From Perkinsus olseni (lineage: Eukaryota): a stretch of DNA of 64,000 nt. Where the stretch lies: the NCBI GenBank assembly GCA_013115125.1, contig JABANN010000003.1, forward strand, positions 124,001-188,000. The letters are read 5' to 3'. Under the pieces are notes generated by a model. That model saw only the letters and a program-made list of their open reading frames with translations, ran no database searches and was not told where the DNA came from. Below are positions 13,490 through 27,229 of this stretch, in pieces (positions within the stretch are counted from its first letter, which is position 1; each line of letters starts with the position of its first letter). The position numbers and the translations under genes were made by a program.

Positions 13490-14070
13490 ACCCCGAAGAG
13501 GAGCGAAGCGTGGCTGCAGCGCCCTCATGTGAGGCGACCCACTCTATTGCGTAAAACAGAAGGATCGCGGTAGATTTCAGCATCACCGTTACTGTAGAAT
13601 TGTGGTATTGCACTGTGGAATCCAAAGAGTCGAGTGAGACGGCCTGACCCAATAGAGAGAGAAAAACTCCAATGAGACAAGGAGCTTCGTCTCGGACGCC
13701 CGCCAACGACTCGATGGAGATTGAGTTTACCACACAGTTGCACACAGATTGAGTTTGGCACCGCTCGATGCCGATCGTAGAGCATCTTCAAAGAAACCAC
13801 CATCACATTCAGGAGGCCTGAAGCAGTGCTGCACTACTAGTGCACAATAGTCATAGCCAGAGACCACCATCAGCGTCGATGAATGACGGAGTCATCGAGC
13901 ACGTGAATGGATGATGCGGTATAGGACAAACTTGAACTGAGAAAGTTGTAGTCCACGTGACTGATACAAGCGCAATGAGCGAGAGGAACGATAACCCCCC
14001 CCCCCCCGATCTGACATATGATTCGCGGTCCATCATGCGCCTTATTGCCGAATCTCCTCGTGCCGCAGCC
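13490..14070 (-). pseudogene. Possible degenerate membrane-transporter remnant (equilibrative nucleoside transporter-like?)
   Basis: Hydrophobic fragments in alternating frames (LSLIALVSVTW / NFLSSSLSY / CNCVVNSISIESLAG..LSLLGQAVS) with stops, next to a C13 run. Weak resemblance only. Confidence 0.2.
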
Positions 14071-14441
14071 CTCGAGCCTCGCGGCTTTCTCTTCAGTTCC
14101 AGTGCATCCGTTCAATCCAGATCGGCATAGACTAGACGCGCCCATCGCTATTATCCACATATACCACAATGTTTCTCTTTAATAGGGACTCCCTGTTAGA
14201 AAGTGAGACATGCCTGCTATTCCTACAGACATCGACTCCACCTCCCCATGACGTGACCACTCACATAACACGACTTGGCTCCACTATAAAAAATGGTTCA
14301 CTCTCGATGTCATACAACCATTTATATCAAAATTTGCTCTAACGGGGATTGAGATAAGTCGAGTAGACCTATCGGCAAAAAAACTAGTAAAATAATTGGG
14401 GTTATGAGAAGTCGAGTCACCAACAAGACCGACCGAAACAA

Positions 14442-17400
14442 TCACAAGAGGGTCGTCGAGGGGACGCTCTTCCTCAACCCCATAGTAGTAGGGGTAGTCT
14501 CTCCCTGAGAACGCTCCTCCAGATTGCGCATGAACTGATAGAAAGCAAATTCACTGGCCTCCAAACCATATTTATAAACGAACGTGTTGGCTATCCAGGT
14601 TGCGCAGACGGCCAGGATATAAGCCTCGGGAACCCTCTCCAAGATCTTGTCGATTCCACAGTGAACCAGCAGCAAGCGAGGGATCGCACGACGGAGAACA
14701 GCGCGAACCAACCATTCGTTTTCCGGATTCTTCTCGCTGAACACCTGCATCGTGTACTCCTTCAGACTGTTGATCTTCTTCGAGAGTAGCTGAGTAGCAT
14801 CTATCTTCAGAACATACCCGTTGCCGTCGGCAGCCAGAGTTTCGTGATTAGCCTTCCAAATGGCGCTGAACTCCATCGAGGCATTGTGCTGAATGATCGC
14901 CAAGATCTCGCTCACGTACTGCTGGTAGAACTCAGGCGGCGCCAGCGTCGAATCGGGGATAGTGAGCAGCTGATCGTGCTCCTTAGGATCCATACAGAGC
15001 GCAGCGAAGACCTCCATGCTGCTCGACGTCACACCGCCCTTGTTCGTAGAGGCATCCTTGAACAAGTGTACTCCCGCGTTCTCCAGCACACGGCGGGCAT
15101 CATCCGTGAAGAACAAGTTAGCGCCCTCGACGATGTACTTGAACTTTGGCTCTTTCTTGGAGTTGAACATAGTGCGGATGTTCCCCATATTGACGGTAGC
15201 GGGTCGACCACCACACGGAACAAAGAGGTCTCCAGAGCAGTACTCGAGTTGGGGGAAAACGTTACGCAGCTCAACCCCAGTCTTGAAGTGCTGTCCATTG
15301 GGCAAGTCAATGTTCTTATCGGCGATGTTGTACAAGAAGGCCTCCGTTTCATCCGAGAGCTTACTCTTGTTGAAGTTACTGATCGGTATGCGCAGACGAG
15401 CGAGGCGTATCAGCTCCTCGCGATTAAGCCCATTCGGATCGTAGGCAACCCCGGAGCCATCCACGACAGCGACCGTCTTGTCCTTGGCGATGAGGATTTC
15501 ATTAGATCCCAGATCCCCGTCAGGTCCCCCGGTTTGGACCTTCGTAATCTTAGTCTCGTCGACCCCAAGCAGTTGCAGCAGATCTACAACGTACTGATGA
15601 ACGCTGTTAGTGGTCATACCGTATCGATCATGAGGGACTCCACCGAGCTTGGTCGACTTGCCAGTGGTGAGGGCTTTCCAATAAGGATAGCCTCTAGCTT
15701 TGGCCCTGTAGGCACCCATGTCCATGAAGCCAGCCGTATTTTCATCGGGCCCGAAGAACAGGATTTCGGGAGTTGGCAAATGCGAGAAGATACCCGTCTG
15801 CTGAGGCATCATGCAGTCCAACAGCGCGTCGATGTACTTGTTGAAAGAGTCCCGACCATTGGTGTCCAGATTTTGATCGCCGAGGTCGAGAAGGATGGTG
15901 CCCTTAGAACCGCCTTCCGGGATGTCTTTATTCTTGAGATGTTGAGTGAAAGCCAAGTTGTAGTTCTCCTCCAGTAAAGACGAGGCATTTCTGCTGTACA
16001 CCTGCCTGCTGGCAGAGCGGATCATACGGATTCCACCGCGAGCGATGTCACGGAATCTGATGTGAAAACCGTAGAAGCCACGACCGGTGACCATGTAGAT
16101 ACCATGGGGGATCACCGGGAAGAGAGAGCGCGGACGATCCTCCAGCAGACTGCCGTCGAACCTCATAGCGATTGCCGCCGCGGTTCCGGCTTTGAAAAAG
16201 TTGGTCATGCGCAAGTGAGCGGTGAGCTTCAACGCCGTCTTAAGAATTTTGGCTTCCAGCCTGTGGGCCACCTCATCGTCGATCTTCTCGGCCAGGGCGG
16301 TATTGTAGAAGGGCTCGCACTCTCCTTTAGCGACCTTCTTAAAATCATCGTACATCTGGCAGGCCAATTCATAGTGGGACACCAATGTGTCATAGATCCT
16401 CTCGAACGTGATAGCGTTCGACATGGTCTGGAGGAAAAGATCATCGAGCTTCCGTTTCATCTCCGCATTGGCCTTCGTGAAATCCGCCAGAGTCAGATAC
16501 TCAGCCGTCTCCTTGGGGAAAAAGGTAAAGATAAACTTGACTGCGGTGATGAAGAAAACTGCTTGGGCGGGCGTTATTTGCTTCTTCAAAACGAGCTCCC
16601 AGACAAGCGCAGAACGTTTCGGGCTGTGCTTGAAGTGACTGACGTAGCGAAGTGTCTTGACCAGATCCTGCAACTGCTCCGGACCATACTCCGGTCCCAA
16701 ATAGCAATGGTAAGCTACTACACCATTAGCGAAAGACTCGATGTACATTCGCTTCGGGACTACTCCGTGAGCGCGTAGACACTCACTGAATTCGGAGAAG
16801 AATACCCTGCCCTTCCTTTCAACGTCGTACAGAGCGAACTGTAGAACGTGACTCCCTTTCTGGCGGACCATATGCTCCGGGGCCTTCACCAGCTTGACCA
16901 CGGCGTTCCTGGTCTTCATGATTTCGTGCACCAGGTTCTGGTACAGCTTCTGAGAGTCCAGAGATTTACGTTGGAGGAAGAGGGGAGACGCCACCAGTTG
17001 TAGATCTTCTTCTTCGGCAATGTCACCGACACCGACGTGAGTTTCGAACCTCGTCTTGTCCACCATGAACACGCCCAAAGTCTCCTTACCATCGACAACA
17101 GGAGGACGCTCAGACTTGATGAAAATAACAGAGAACGACTCACCACTGCCACAGTTGGCGAGGTAGTCCGCGAGGCTTCTTTCAGTAGCCGTGACGTGAT
17201 TGTCATCGATCGTAGTGAGGAAGAAGCCCGACTGCTCGTCCTCTATCTCGAAATGGATGTTAGAGGATCCCGTCGATTGAGCTACCTTTTTGGCCGCCAT
17301 CAGGCAGTGGATATGCCTTGCAATCTGGGCACTGGTGCAGTGCATGAAGTACTTAGGATGAAGCCCCAGATCAGTGAAGTAATACTGGATTTCGAACCAC

Positions 17401-17915
17401 AGGCGGGCCGGGGCGAAGACTCCTTCCTTAGAAATGATTGAGAACACTTGAGTCATCTTGGTCTCGACTTCTTCTGTGGTGAGACTCATGCCGACCCCCT
17501 CCGACACGTCTGCATTCCTGAGCATCTGGGCCTTCTCCGGCGGCAAGCAGCAAACTCCACCAGGGCACTGTAGATCGGCTTCAGCCAGCATCGAGCGGAT
17601 CTCGGCGGCATTATTGTTCATGACGGCATCGTGAAGTGCGAGCATTCCCAACCTGTCAGGGGTCAGAGTAGCACCTTCGTCCAGGAGAAACTTGACGGCC
17701 TCCACGTGCCCACCCGCGGCGGCCAAATGCAGAGGTGTGCGCTTATCGTAGTCACAGCTGTCGACGGTCAGGCTTGGGTGCTCTGATAGCACTTGGCGCA
17801 TCGCCTCGACGTCACCTTCATGAGCTGCAGCCAGGAGGAATCCAACCGCACCGGGGTTTGAAGTATAGACGCTTTCGTCGGCCTTAGACTCGCTGCTTAG
17901 CTTAACTTTGAACAT
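14442..17915 (-). CDS. GDH2: Large NAD-specific glutamate dehydrogenase (GDH2 type) with N-terminal ankyrin repeats, intronless
   Basis: ORF of more than 1150 aa with GFHIRFRDIARGGIR, KNKDIPEGGSKG, FFGPDENTAG, KVQTGGPDGDLGSNEI, FVPCGGRP, IVEGANLF, KDASTNKGGVTSSS. Ankyrin motif DYDKRTPLHLAAAGGHVEAVKFLL near the N-terminus. Likely ATG is 17915, after a ctttcgcag acceptor (track start 18071). Confidence 0.95.
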   Translation of the reverse strand: MFKVKLSSESKADESVYTSNPGAVGFLLAAAHEGDVEAMRQVLSEHPSLTVDSCDYDKRTPLHLAAAGGHVEAVKFLLDEGATLTPDRLGMLALHDAVMNNNAAEIRSMLAEADLQCPGGVCCLPPEKAQMLRNADVSEGVGMSLTTEEVETKMTQVFSIISKEGVFAPARLWFEIQYYFTDLGLHPKYFMHCTSAQIARHIHCLMAAKKVAQSTGSSNIHFEIEDEQSGFFLTTIDDNHVTATERSLADYLANCGSGESFSVIFIKSERPPVVDGKETLGVFMVDKTRFETHVGVGDIAEEEDLQLVASPLFLQRKSLDSQKLYQNLVHEIMKTRNAVVKLVKAPEHMVRQKGSHVLQFALYDVERKGRVFFSEFSECLRAHGVVPKRMYIESFANGVVAYHCYLGPEYGPEQLQDLVKTLRYVSHFKHSPKRSALVWELVLKKQITPAQAVFFITAVKFIFTFFPKETAEYLTLADFTKANAEMKRKLDDLFLQTMSNAITFERIYDTLVSHYELACQMYDDFKKVAKGECEPFYNTALAEKIDDEVAHRLEAKILKTALKLTAHLRMTNFFKAGTAAAIAMRFDGSLLEDRPRSLFPVIPHGIYMVTGRGFYGFHIRFRDIARGGIRMIRSASRQVYSRNASSLLEENYNLAFTQHLKNKDIPEGGSKGTILLDLGDQNLDTNGRDSFNKYIDALLDCMMPQQTGIFSHLPTPEILFFGPDENTAGFMDMGAYRAKARGYPYWKALTTGKSTKLGGVPHDRYGMTTNSVHQYVVDLLQLLGVDETKITKVQTGGPDGDLGSNEILIAKDKTVAVVDGSGVAYDPNGLNREELIRLARLRIPISNFNKSKLSDETEAFLYNIADKNIDLPNGQHFKTGVELRNVFPQLEYCSGDLFVPCGGRPATVNMGNIRTMFNSKKEPKFKYIVEGANLFFTDDARRVLENAGVHLFKDASTNKGGVTSSSMEVFAALCMDPKEHDQLLTIPDSTLAPPEFYQQYVSEILAIIQHNASMEFSAIWKANHETLAADGNGYVLKIDATQLLSKKINSLKEYTMQVFSEKNPENEWLVRAVLRRAIPRLLLVHCGIDKILERVPEAYILAVCATWIANTFVYKYGLEASEFAFYQFMRNLEERSQGETTPTTMGLRKSVPSTTLL

Positions 17916-18672
17916 GGGGTGGCGGACAGTACAACTGCCAACTGCGAAAGGGTGCAATTGATACCGCCACTGCGACTGCCCTCGCAGCCATTCCTTAACC
18001 AACACAACCTCCTGAAACTTGTTGAAAAAGTTGATTACTGACCTATTTCGAATATCAATAAAAGATGACAATGGCGGCTAGTGCAGCAGCCTTGAGATTC
18101 AACCTACCCTCACTTCGAGAAGTAAGATAAGTCTTCCTCGGGGGCATGCCGTTCTCCTCGTTGTAAAAGCTGACGCATCCGAAACCAACATTGGGGCGGA
18201 CGAGAATACCAACCGATCGAAGTGCTGTAGAGGACTGACTGGGAGCCCTCTCCAAGGCACGCGAGCGGTTTCAATAGTAAAACGAGGAACAACTTAGAAG
18301 CACGCCCCATAGGGCAGTTGGGTGCAGTGCAATAGATGTTTACGTCGAAACTACACAAAGGCGCGATGGGGAATAATTATGGAGCAATCGCACAGGTCGT
18401 CTTTCACAATACCCAGAATAAGTGCGAAGGGGTCTTCAACATTTTGACACAATATAACCGCATTCGCCGAGTCGGGCAGCTGGGCCTTCGCACAAAATAG
18501 TAAGTAACGACTGAGTCTGGGTAGAGTAAAACACAGGTATCCCTGTTACGGGAATCAACACTGGAGCATTTGCACGCAGCGAGCGCGGAAATCCTGTGCG
18601 AGGTGGTAGAAAGCATACAACCCCATCATGCCTTACTACAGACTAAGAGAAACATCTAATTTGCACGATCAT

Positions 18673-21136
<2,464 letters not shown>

Positions 21137-21394
21137 GAGGTAAAATGGAAGCCGACTGAATTCAGGCGCACCCAGCACGGAAGACCAACAGTCCCGAGGT
21201 GAACCAGCCGTTCCAACACAACCCACGAAGTCAGGGAGACCCAAATGACGGAATGGCGGACGAATCTGGTCATGCACAGGTCGATGACAAGGAGCTCTCA
21301 CTTATCTACAGGAGAAGCATGCTCATAGTATAGCCAGCTCGACCGACGAGCTGCCCCGGCTACACACACTAAGGTTCTCTCGCGGTAAACCCTT

Positions 21395-23727
21395 TCAGTC
21401 CAAAAGAAAAGCAACATGAGATGGGACACGCTGAAATCTATCCCGAAGGCTGACCGAGTATTGCCGATGGCTCCTCTTCCTCGACACTTGCACTGCTTTA
21501 TCGACTGTGGAGACGGGCTGTGGTGGATCCGACTTTCCACTGCTGGAGCTCTCCTCATCCGAACCACGGTCATCATCAAACAGAGGCGACGTTTCAGGGG
21601 GTGGCGCAGCTGGGGGTCGTGGAAAGACTCCTGCCTCCTGCATTGCGCCCAGACTCTCCGTAATGGTCACGGCCTGCGCGAGAAGAGACACCCCTAACAA
21701 GCACGACTTGCAGTTTCACCTTCGCAAATTCGCTGAGTTCTGCCAAGTCGGTGAAGGCATCATCTATCTGCAGCATCAACTCTGGGATGTAGTCGTCCAC
21801 ACACTCTTGGATTGGACGATACACCCGAGCCTCGAGCTGCCTGGATTTTCCAGAAGCGTACGAACAACAGTCGAAACCGTTCTGGCGCAAGTTGCACCGT
21901 GCAATGGCGGCTCACTCTGTCCCGCATTCGTCGACCAGCTTGCCCAATAGCTTGGCATAGAGAACACAGTTATACATGTCTTTACTCCTTATATAACCCT
22001 GAACCTGCATAGGCCCAAGCCTTGAGACTCTCAAGCAGAGAGCTCGAATGACCCCAGTGAAAGGAGACGCGCGGGTAGCTCTGGCACGCAGAGACAGCTA
22101 GCGAGCAGTCTCAAGAGACACGGGCAGGCGCATGTCACCCAAGATGCGTGTAACAGGCCATCTTGCCTGTATCATGCCGTCGCAGAATTCCTCCGTGCTG
22201 ACCATGCCATCTCCCGAATCGAACAGTGCGAAGAGCTCCGGCAGTTCGGAAACGTCGAAGTCGAGCATGGTCAGTCTCTGAACGAATTTCGGATCGTCCA
22301 AGACGTCAGTAAATTCTTGGGCAGATAGCTCGCCGCTGCCGTCCTCGTCCAACTCATCGAACAGCTTCTTGAGACCCTCGACGGTCTCTTTTTGGTTGGA
22401 GTGACGAGTACTGGCCAGCAGCTCCTCGTCAGTCGACACAGCGGAAAATGCTTGCTCCACCACGATAGCGGTTACCAGGTTGAAGAGCACGAATGATGAC
22501 ACACCGATGAAGAGAAGGACAAGCACTAACCCCACGGGAGAGGTGTGCATGATTGGCCTGACCTGATAATGAACGAACGGCTGGTCCTAGAGCTGAAGCT
22601 GCCTACCACGCTGCCGGCCCAACTGTCTAGTGTCATCACTTGAAACAGCGTGAACATAGAGTTGCCTAAGGATCCGAATAAGCTTTGCACCTAATGATCG
22701 AGCGGCAACAGTTGATCACAACACAGCAGCCGCACATATTCATCTCCCTCGAACTCTCCACTTCGTCCAATCACTTGTAGTGTAAGCAGACCGAAGAGAA
22801 GATGGACTAGACCAATAATAGCGTATGTCCAGAAAAGCATTCTTGCTGAGTCTGTGAAGCCTTGAACCATAATCCATAGCTCGCGGAAACCACTTAAGGC
22901 CCGGACACCCTTGACCAGCTCCCGGACCCGCAGCAGTCGAAGGACCATCAGATTCCCCAGCACGTTCGCTCGAAGATTGAAGAAGGGCCGAAGAATCCAC
23001 ACCGTGAGGAACTGACCAGCAGAATAGAAAGGTTTTGCTTACGAGCCTACCCCGGGGACCCAGACAAGGAATGCGTCGATGCAATTGCCAAGGGATAGGA
23101 ACCACATCCATTCGTCCGCTAGAACTCGGATGAAAAATTCCGCTACCTGAACAGCAGAGGAATAACGGGGCGCCCATAGGCCTACACCGCACCAAAGCGA
23201 GGATGAGAATTCTCTGCAGTGCGTCGATCCACACTGGCTCCAGCGTAGATGAGAAGTCAGGATAATACCTAAGGACCAAGATGGTAAACATAGGCCGTCG
23301 AAAGGACGCAACATACATAGCCACACCGATGAAGAGAGAGTTCAGCAAGTTGATGGCTCCAGTAACGATGTCGAACATCGGAGCATGAACCTGCATGTTG
23401 ATGCGCACAACCGTGCACGCTACCATACCATCCGGCGGATTCTCGGATACCGCGGCCGGAAGAGCTGAAGCTTGCGCCTGTCTCGGGCAGCCAGTATCTT
23501 CCTCCGTACCTGGAACAAATCGGCATCCCCGTGGAGGCCACGGCGATTGGAATGTCACTGCTTGAGAGTACTGAGCTGAGGCCATACCAGCCATCCAGGC
23601 CCTCCTCCCACTGCGATAGTGACTCTCTGCCACTAGCGGAAGCTTCGGAATCAAGCGATGCAGAAGAGGACTGCCTGGAGCTGCTGTGCGGTGTGTCGAA
23701 CTGCTCAACTTCGGTCTCGTTCATCAC
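21395..23727 (-). CDS. Single-domain (6TM) voltage-gated cation channel with C-terminal EF-hands
   Basis: S4 MVLRLLRVRELVKGVRA; S4-S5 FRELWIMVQG; pore FGSLGNSMFTLFQVMTLDSWAG; S6 FVLFNLVTAIVVEQA; EF loops DEDGSGELSAQEF and DSGDGMVSTEEF. Only one channel repeat is present. Confidence 0.85.
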
Positions 23728-24027
23728 ATGCCGGATAATGCGGGAACGAAGCTGAATACAGTTGCAACAGCCGAAGTAAGCAGCCTAATATGTGAGAGAC
23801 TGTGCTTGCAATAAACAACACTCGACCAGCCCTGTGCGCTAACACTATCCCCGCCGCCCAATTGATACGAACCAAAGCCGCCCACGGACATGACAAAAGG
23901 TAATATTCTTTGTCTCACTTTTTTAATCCCCTATGCAGAGCACGATTCGCCAGCTAGTTCATTCGAACCGCTATATACTACTTCTCTCAAAATTCAGCAC
24001 GCCAGCTAGCAAGAATAAAAAATGGCC

Positions 24028-26784
24028 CTAGTCCACCTTGATAGAGCCATATATGGCCCGGACGAAGAAGAATGTTGCGATAAACCCGATACCTGAAACA
24101 AAAAAGTCTCTAAAGAGCGGCGGAGCGACGCACGTTGAACGCTGTCATCCCAACAGTGAATGCCAAACGCATGTGAGACAGGGAAGCGAGCAAAACTGCC
24201 ACCAGCCTTAGAAGATTACATCCAGTTAGCAGGAAGAAGGCAGCTGATATCATCGCCATGTACCCTACGTAGACCACGATCGATACCACATTCACAATCT
24301 GCAGCCGGGTGCCCAGATACATCAACGAATACCTAGAGGTGATAGGGGCTGGAAAGCGAGCGGATTTCTCGGAAAGGGACCACTTACCCGAACACATAGA
24401 GCGCACTAGATCCCGACACAAAGAAGCTGCGCCACCACCAACGATAATCCTCAGCTGTGAGCTGGAAATAAGTCAGGGCTATAGACACTTCCGCACAAGT
24501 GATTATGAGGATGAGGTAAACCAGCACGACAAATCCGAAGAGGTAGTAGAACTGGTGCTGCCATAAGGAGCTCATGATGAAGAAGAGCTCCGTGAAAACG
24601 GCGCCGAACGGCAAGACACCGCCTACGAGGCACAATAACCATGGCCTCAAGAACCACGGCTGCGGAGGGATAGGTCGAGGGATTGAGTTCACTCGGCAAG
24701 GGAAGCCAATCGGATCCCGCTTGTAAGCGGCCGCAGCACCAAGGTAGACTAGCGGGACAGATATCCCGAACCAGAGCACGAGCACCTAAGACCGGACGAC
24801 TCGATCGGTTCAAGTGAATAAAGCAGCTTACCGCGAACATCGTGGTGAACGGCACAGCGCCTGACGAGCCCTTAGCCCAGGCAAGCAAATTAAGGAAGAA
24901 GAACATCGCGAACAGAGAACCTGAGATAGCATGCTGTTATGAGCTTCGGTCCCGAGAAGAGGCTCACCTGGGTAAAGGAAGGCCGTTAGCATAGTGGTAC
25001 TGCGGTGATGCTCCGATGACGTTGGTGCGAGCGTCTTCCCAAGACGTCCAGATACGTACCTAGAGCCAGATATCAACCACGCATAATCAATGGAAGGAGA
25101 CCCAAGCTACAGTATTACCCCGCGGGAACGCCCATGAACGCGAACAACAGGACCATTCCCTGCAGTAAAGCTCCTCTGTGGACCGGGCTCAAGAATCCGA
25201 GGGTGGCGAAGACAAGCACCAGGCCACACATGAGCAGCAATTGTATTCCACTCCCGACGCAGACGCAGAGTAGTCGTCTGTGGGGCGGCGGTCGGAAGAC
25301 ATCACCGTGAACCATCTTCCAACCAGCTTCTTCTTGCGCCTCTTCGGCGGTCATTTCTCCGACTAATTCGTTGTACTTAGCAATGTCTCGAGCAAGGGTT
25401 CGGATGAGTATCATGGCCACCATTCCGGAGAGGAAGAGCGCGATCAGAACTGAGTTGATGATGCTGAACCAGTGGATTTGGCCAGATCCAGGAGACATTT
25501 GTAGGTAGATATCCCATCGGGTAACCCACTCTTTGTCAGGGTTCTCCGTCCACTCAACGTCGTACGTGTACCTGACGCGCGATTCCCATCAGTATGAGCC
25601 ATTCCGCTGGCAGCCGATGCTCAGGGTAGGTCTTACGTGATCGACTCTGCCTTGTCGAGGTCGAGAGGCTCCAGAGTGGCACCTTCGCTGTGACAGACGG
25701 CTGAGTCACCGCCGTCCCTCACAAACTGCTTCAAGCTGCTGGGTTCGATCTCAAACGCGACCACCCTGTAGACCGAGAATCCATTATCCTCAGCGTCCTC
25801 GGGCCGATGATACTCCAACTTGAACTTCAAATGGTTGTGCAGATAGTATTGGTTTTTCTGAAATTACGGTCGCATCAACGCAGCACACGAAGACCCATTA
25901 CCTACCAACTGAACCCCGAGAGGGAACCCGCTCATGACAAACACTTGATTTGCCTTCTCTGAAGAACCGGGTGCTACGTACCACACAATCACAAATTTTT
26001 AATTTACCATCATCCGCCTCCGTCGCCGTCTTCTGAGGATCTCTTACAGTGAACTTAACCGCGCCGGGCAAACGGTCTACATTCATGTTTACAGTGTATC
26101 TGATCCACAGCACGAACATTGGCGAGGATAACGCGAGCCCGGATAAGTCTTGAAGAATGAATGCGGGCCAATCTTCCTACTGATCACGGATCATCTGCTT
26201 AATGGTATCCCTGAGCTCAGGTGTGAGCTGATCTTTGCATGCAATCTGACACTTCAACGGCCGCAGCATTTGGATCTTGTAACTAAAACAATACACTGAA
26301 AGCAATAGACATCGGGGGAGCTCGCCTCGGGAAAACTGAAAGGGCACACGTAAGGCCTACCTTGTAGGTGACATCATCTGTCCACTCAGGAGCTCGCCAA
26401 GATTAGCATTGACCTCTGCTGACTTGTCCTGAGAAGCGAAGAGCGGCATGAGTAGCGCATAAGGACCATGCGTTCCGGTTAGCAGCGGCCAACAGCAGAA
26501 TATGCGTACAGTAACAACTCTGCACTGAGAGTCGGTGGCATGGGTCTTGTAGTAATCCATCGGGAGCTGAGTACGAACCTGGAGCAAGGAGACTGTGAGA
26601 GTGACTGAGAGGCAGGCATCATGCGTACGCTCGTCATCTCGTTGACTGAAAGAGGGACATCTTCTCCCTCCTTGTAGTCTCGCGGGGCAATTCCCGGCAG
26701 AAGGACGGCTATCACGCTCTGCATCAGCAGAGCGAGACAGCACCAGGTCAGACCTGGATTCCAGTGCTTCTTGATGGAAGCCAT
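24028..26784 (-). CDS. TM9SF: Transmembrane 9 superfamily / EMP70 nonaspanin, multi-exon
   Basis: Signal peptide then LPGIAPRDY; IHWFSIINS; GWKMVHGDVFRPP; SSGAVPFTT; LWFGISVPL; GGVLPFGAVFTELFFI; EDYRWWWRSF; C-terminal IYGSIKVD*. Confidence 0.94.
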
Positions 26785-27229
26785 GTAACAATCGAGCTGT
26801 ACCGGCGATATCTCAGGGTCTTCACGGATCGCATCAAACCACCAGCGAACGATCAGACGCTCTGCTATCGGAGTTTCACAATTTGAGGCACTCTGCGAGT
26901 CATTCCGGGGATCAAAAGGCTAAGTGTCACGTAGGTCTACTCAACGCCTGGTAATGCCCTCTCTCGCTGTCCGTGCCTCACAAGTTTGAGCAACCATTAT
27001 CAGCCGCCCGAAGAACAGTGTATCATGAGCAGCCCGGTGAGACAGTCCCACAGTGAGGCTCCCGCTCATCAAAGAGACACGAGCGTTTGTGATGGAAATT
27101 GCGATGCTCTGACCGTAAGATGACTCAGCGCGCTAGCCTACGGAAAAGATGAGAAGAAATAGATCCATCTATTGAGATAATTACAACGCGCTTCGCGACC
27201 ACGGATGTAACGCGCGGGAAAACGTCCAG

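Noticed and set aside
14844-16778. Long plus-strand ORFs (377 aa and 238 aa)
   Set aside because: Antisense shadows of the codon-biased GDH gene; no independent motifs.
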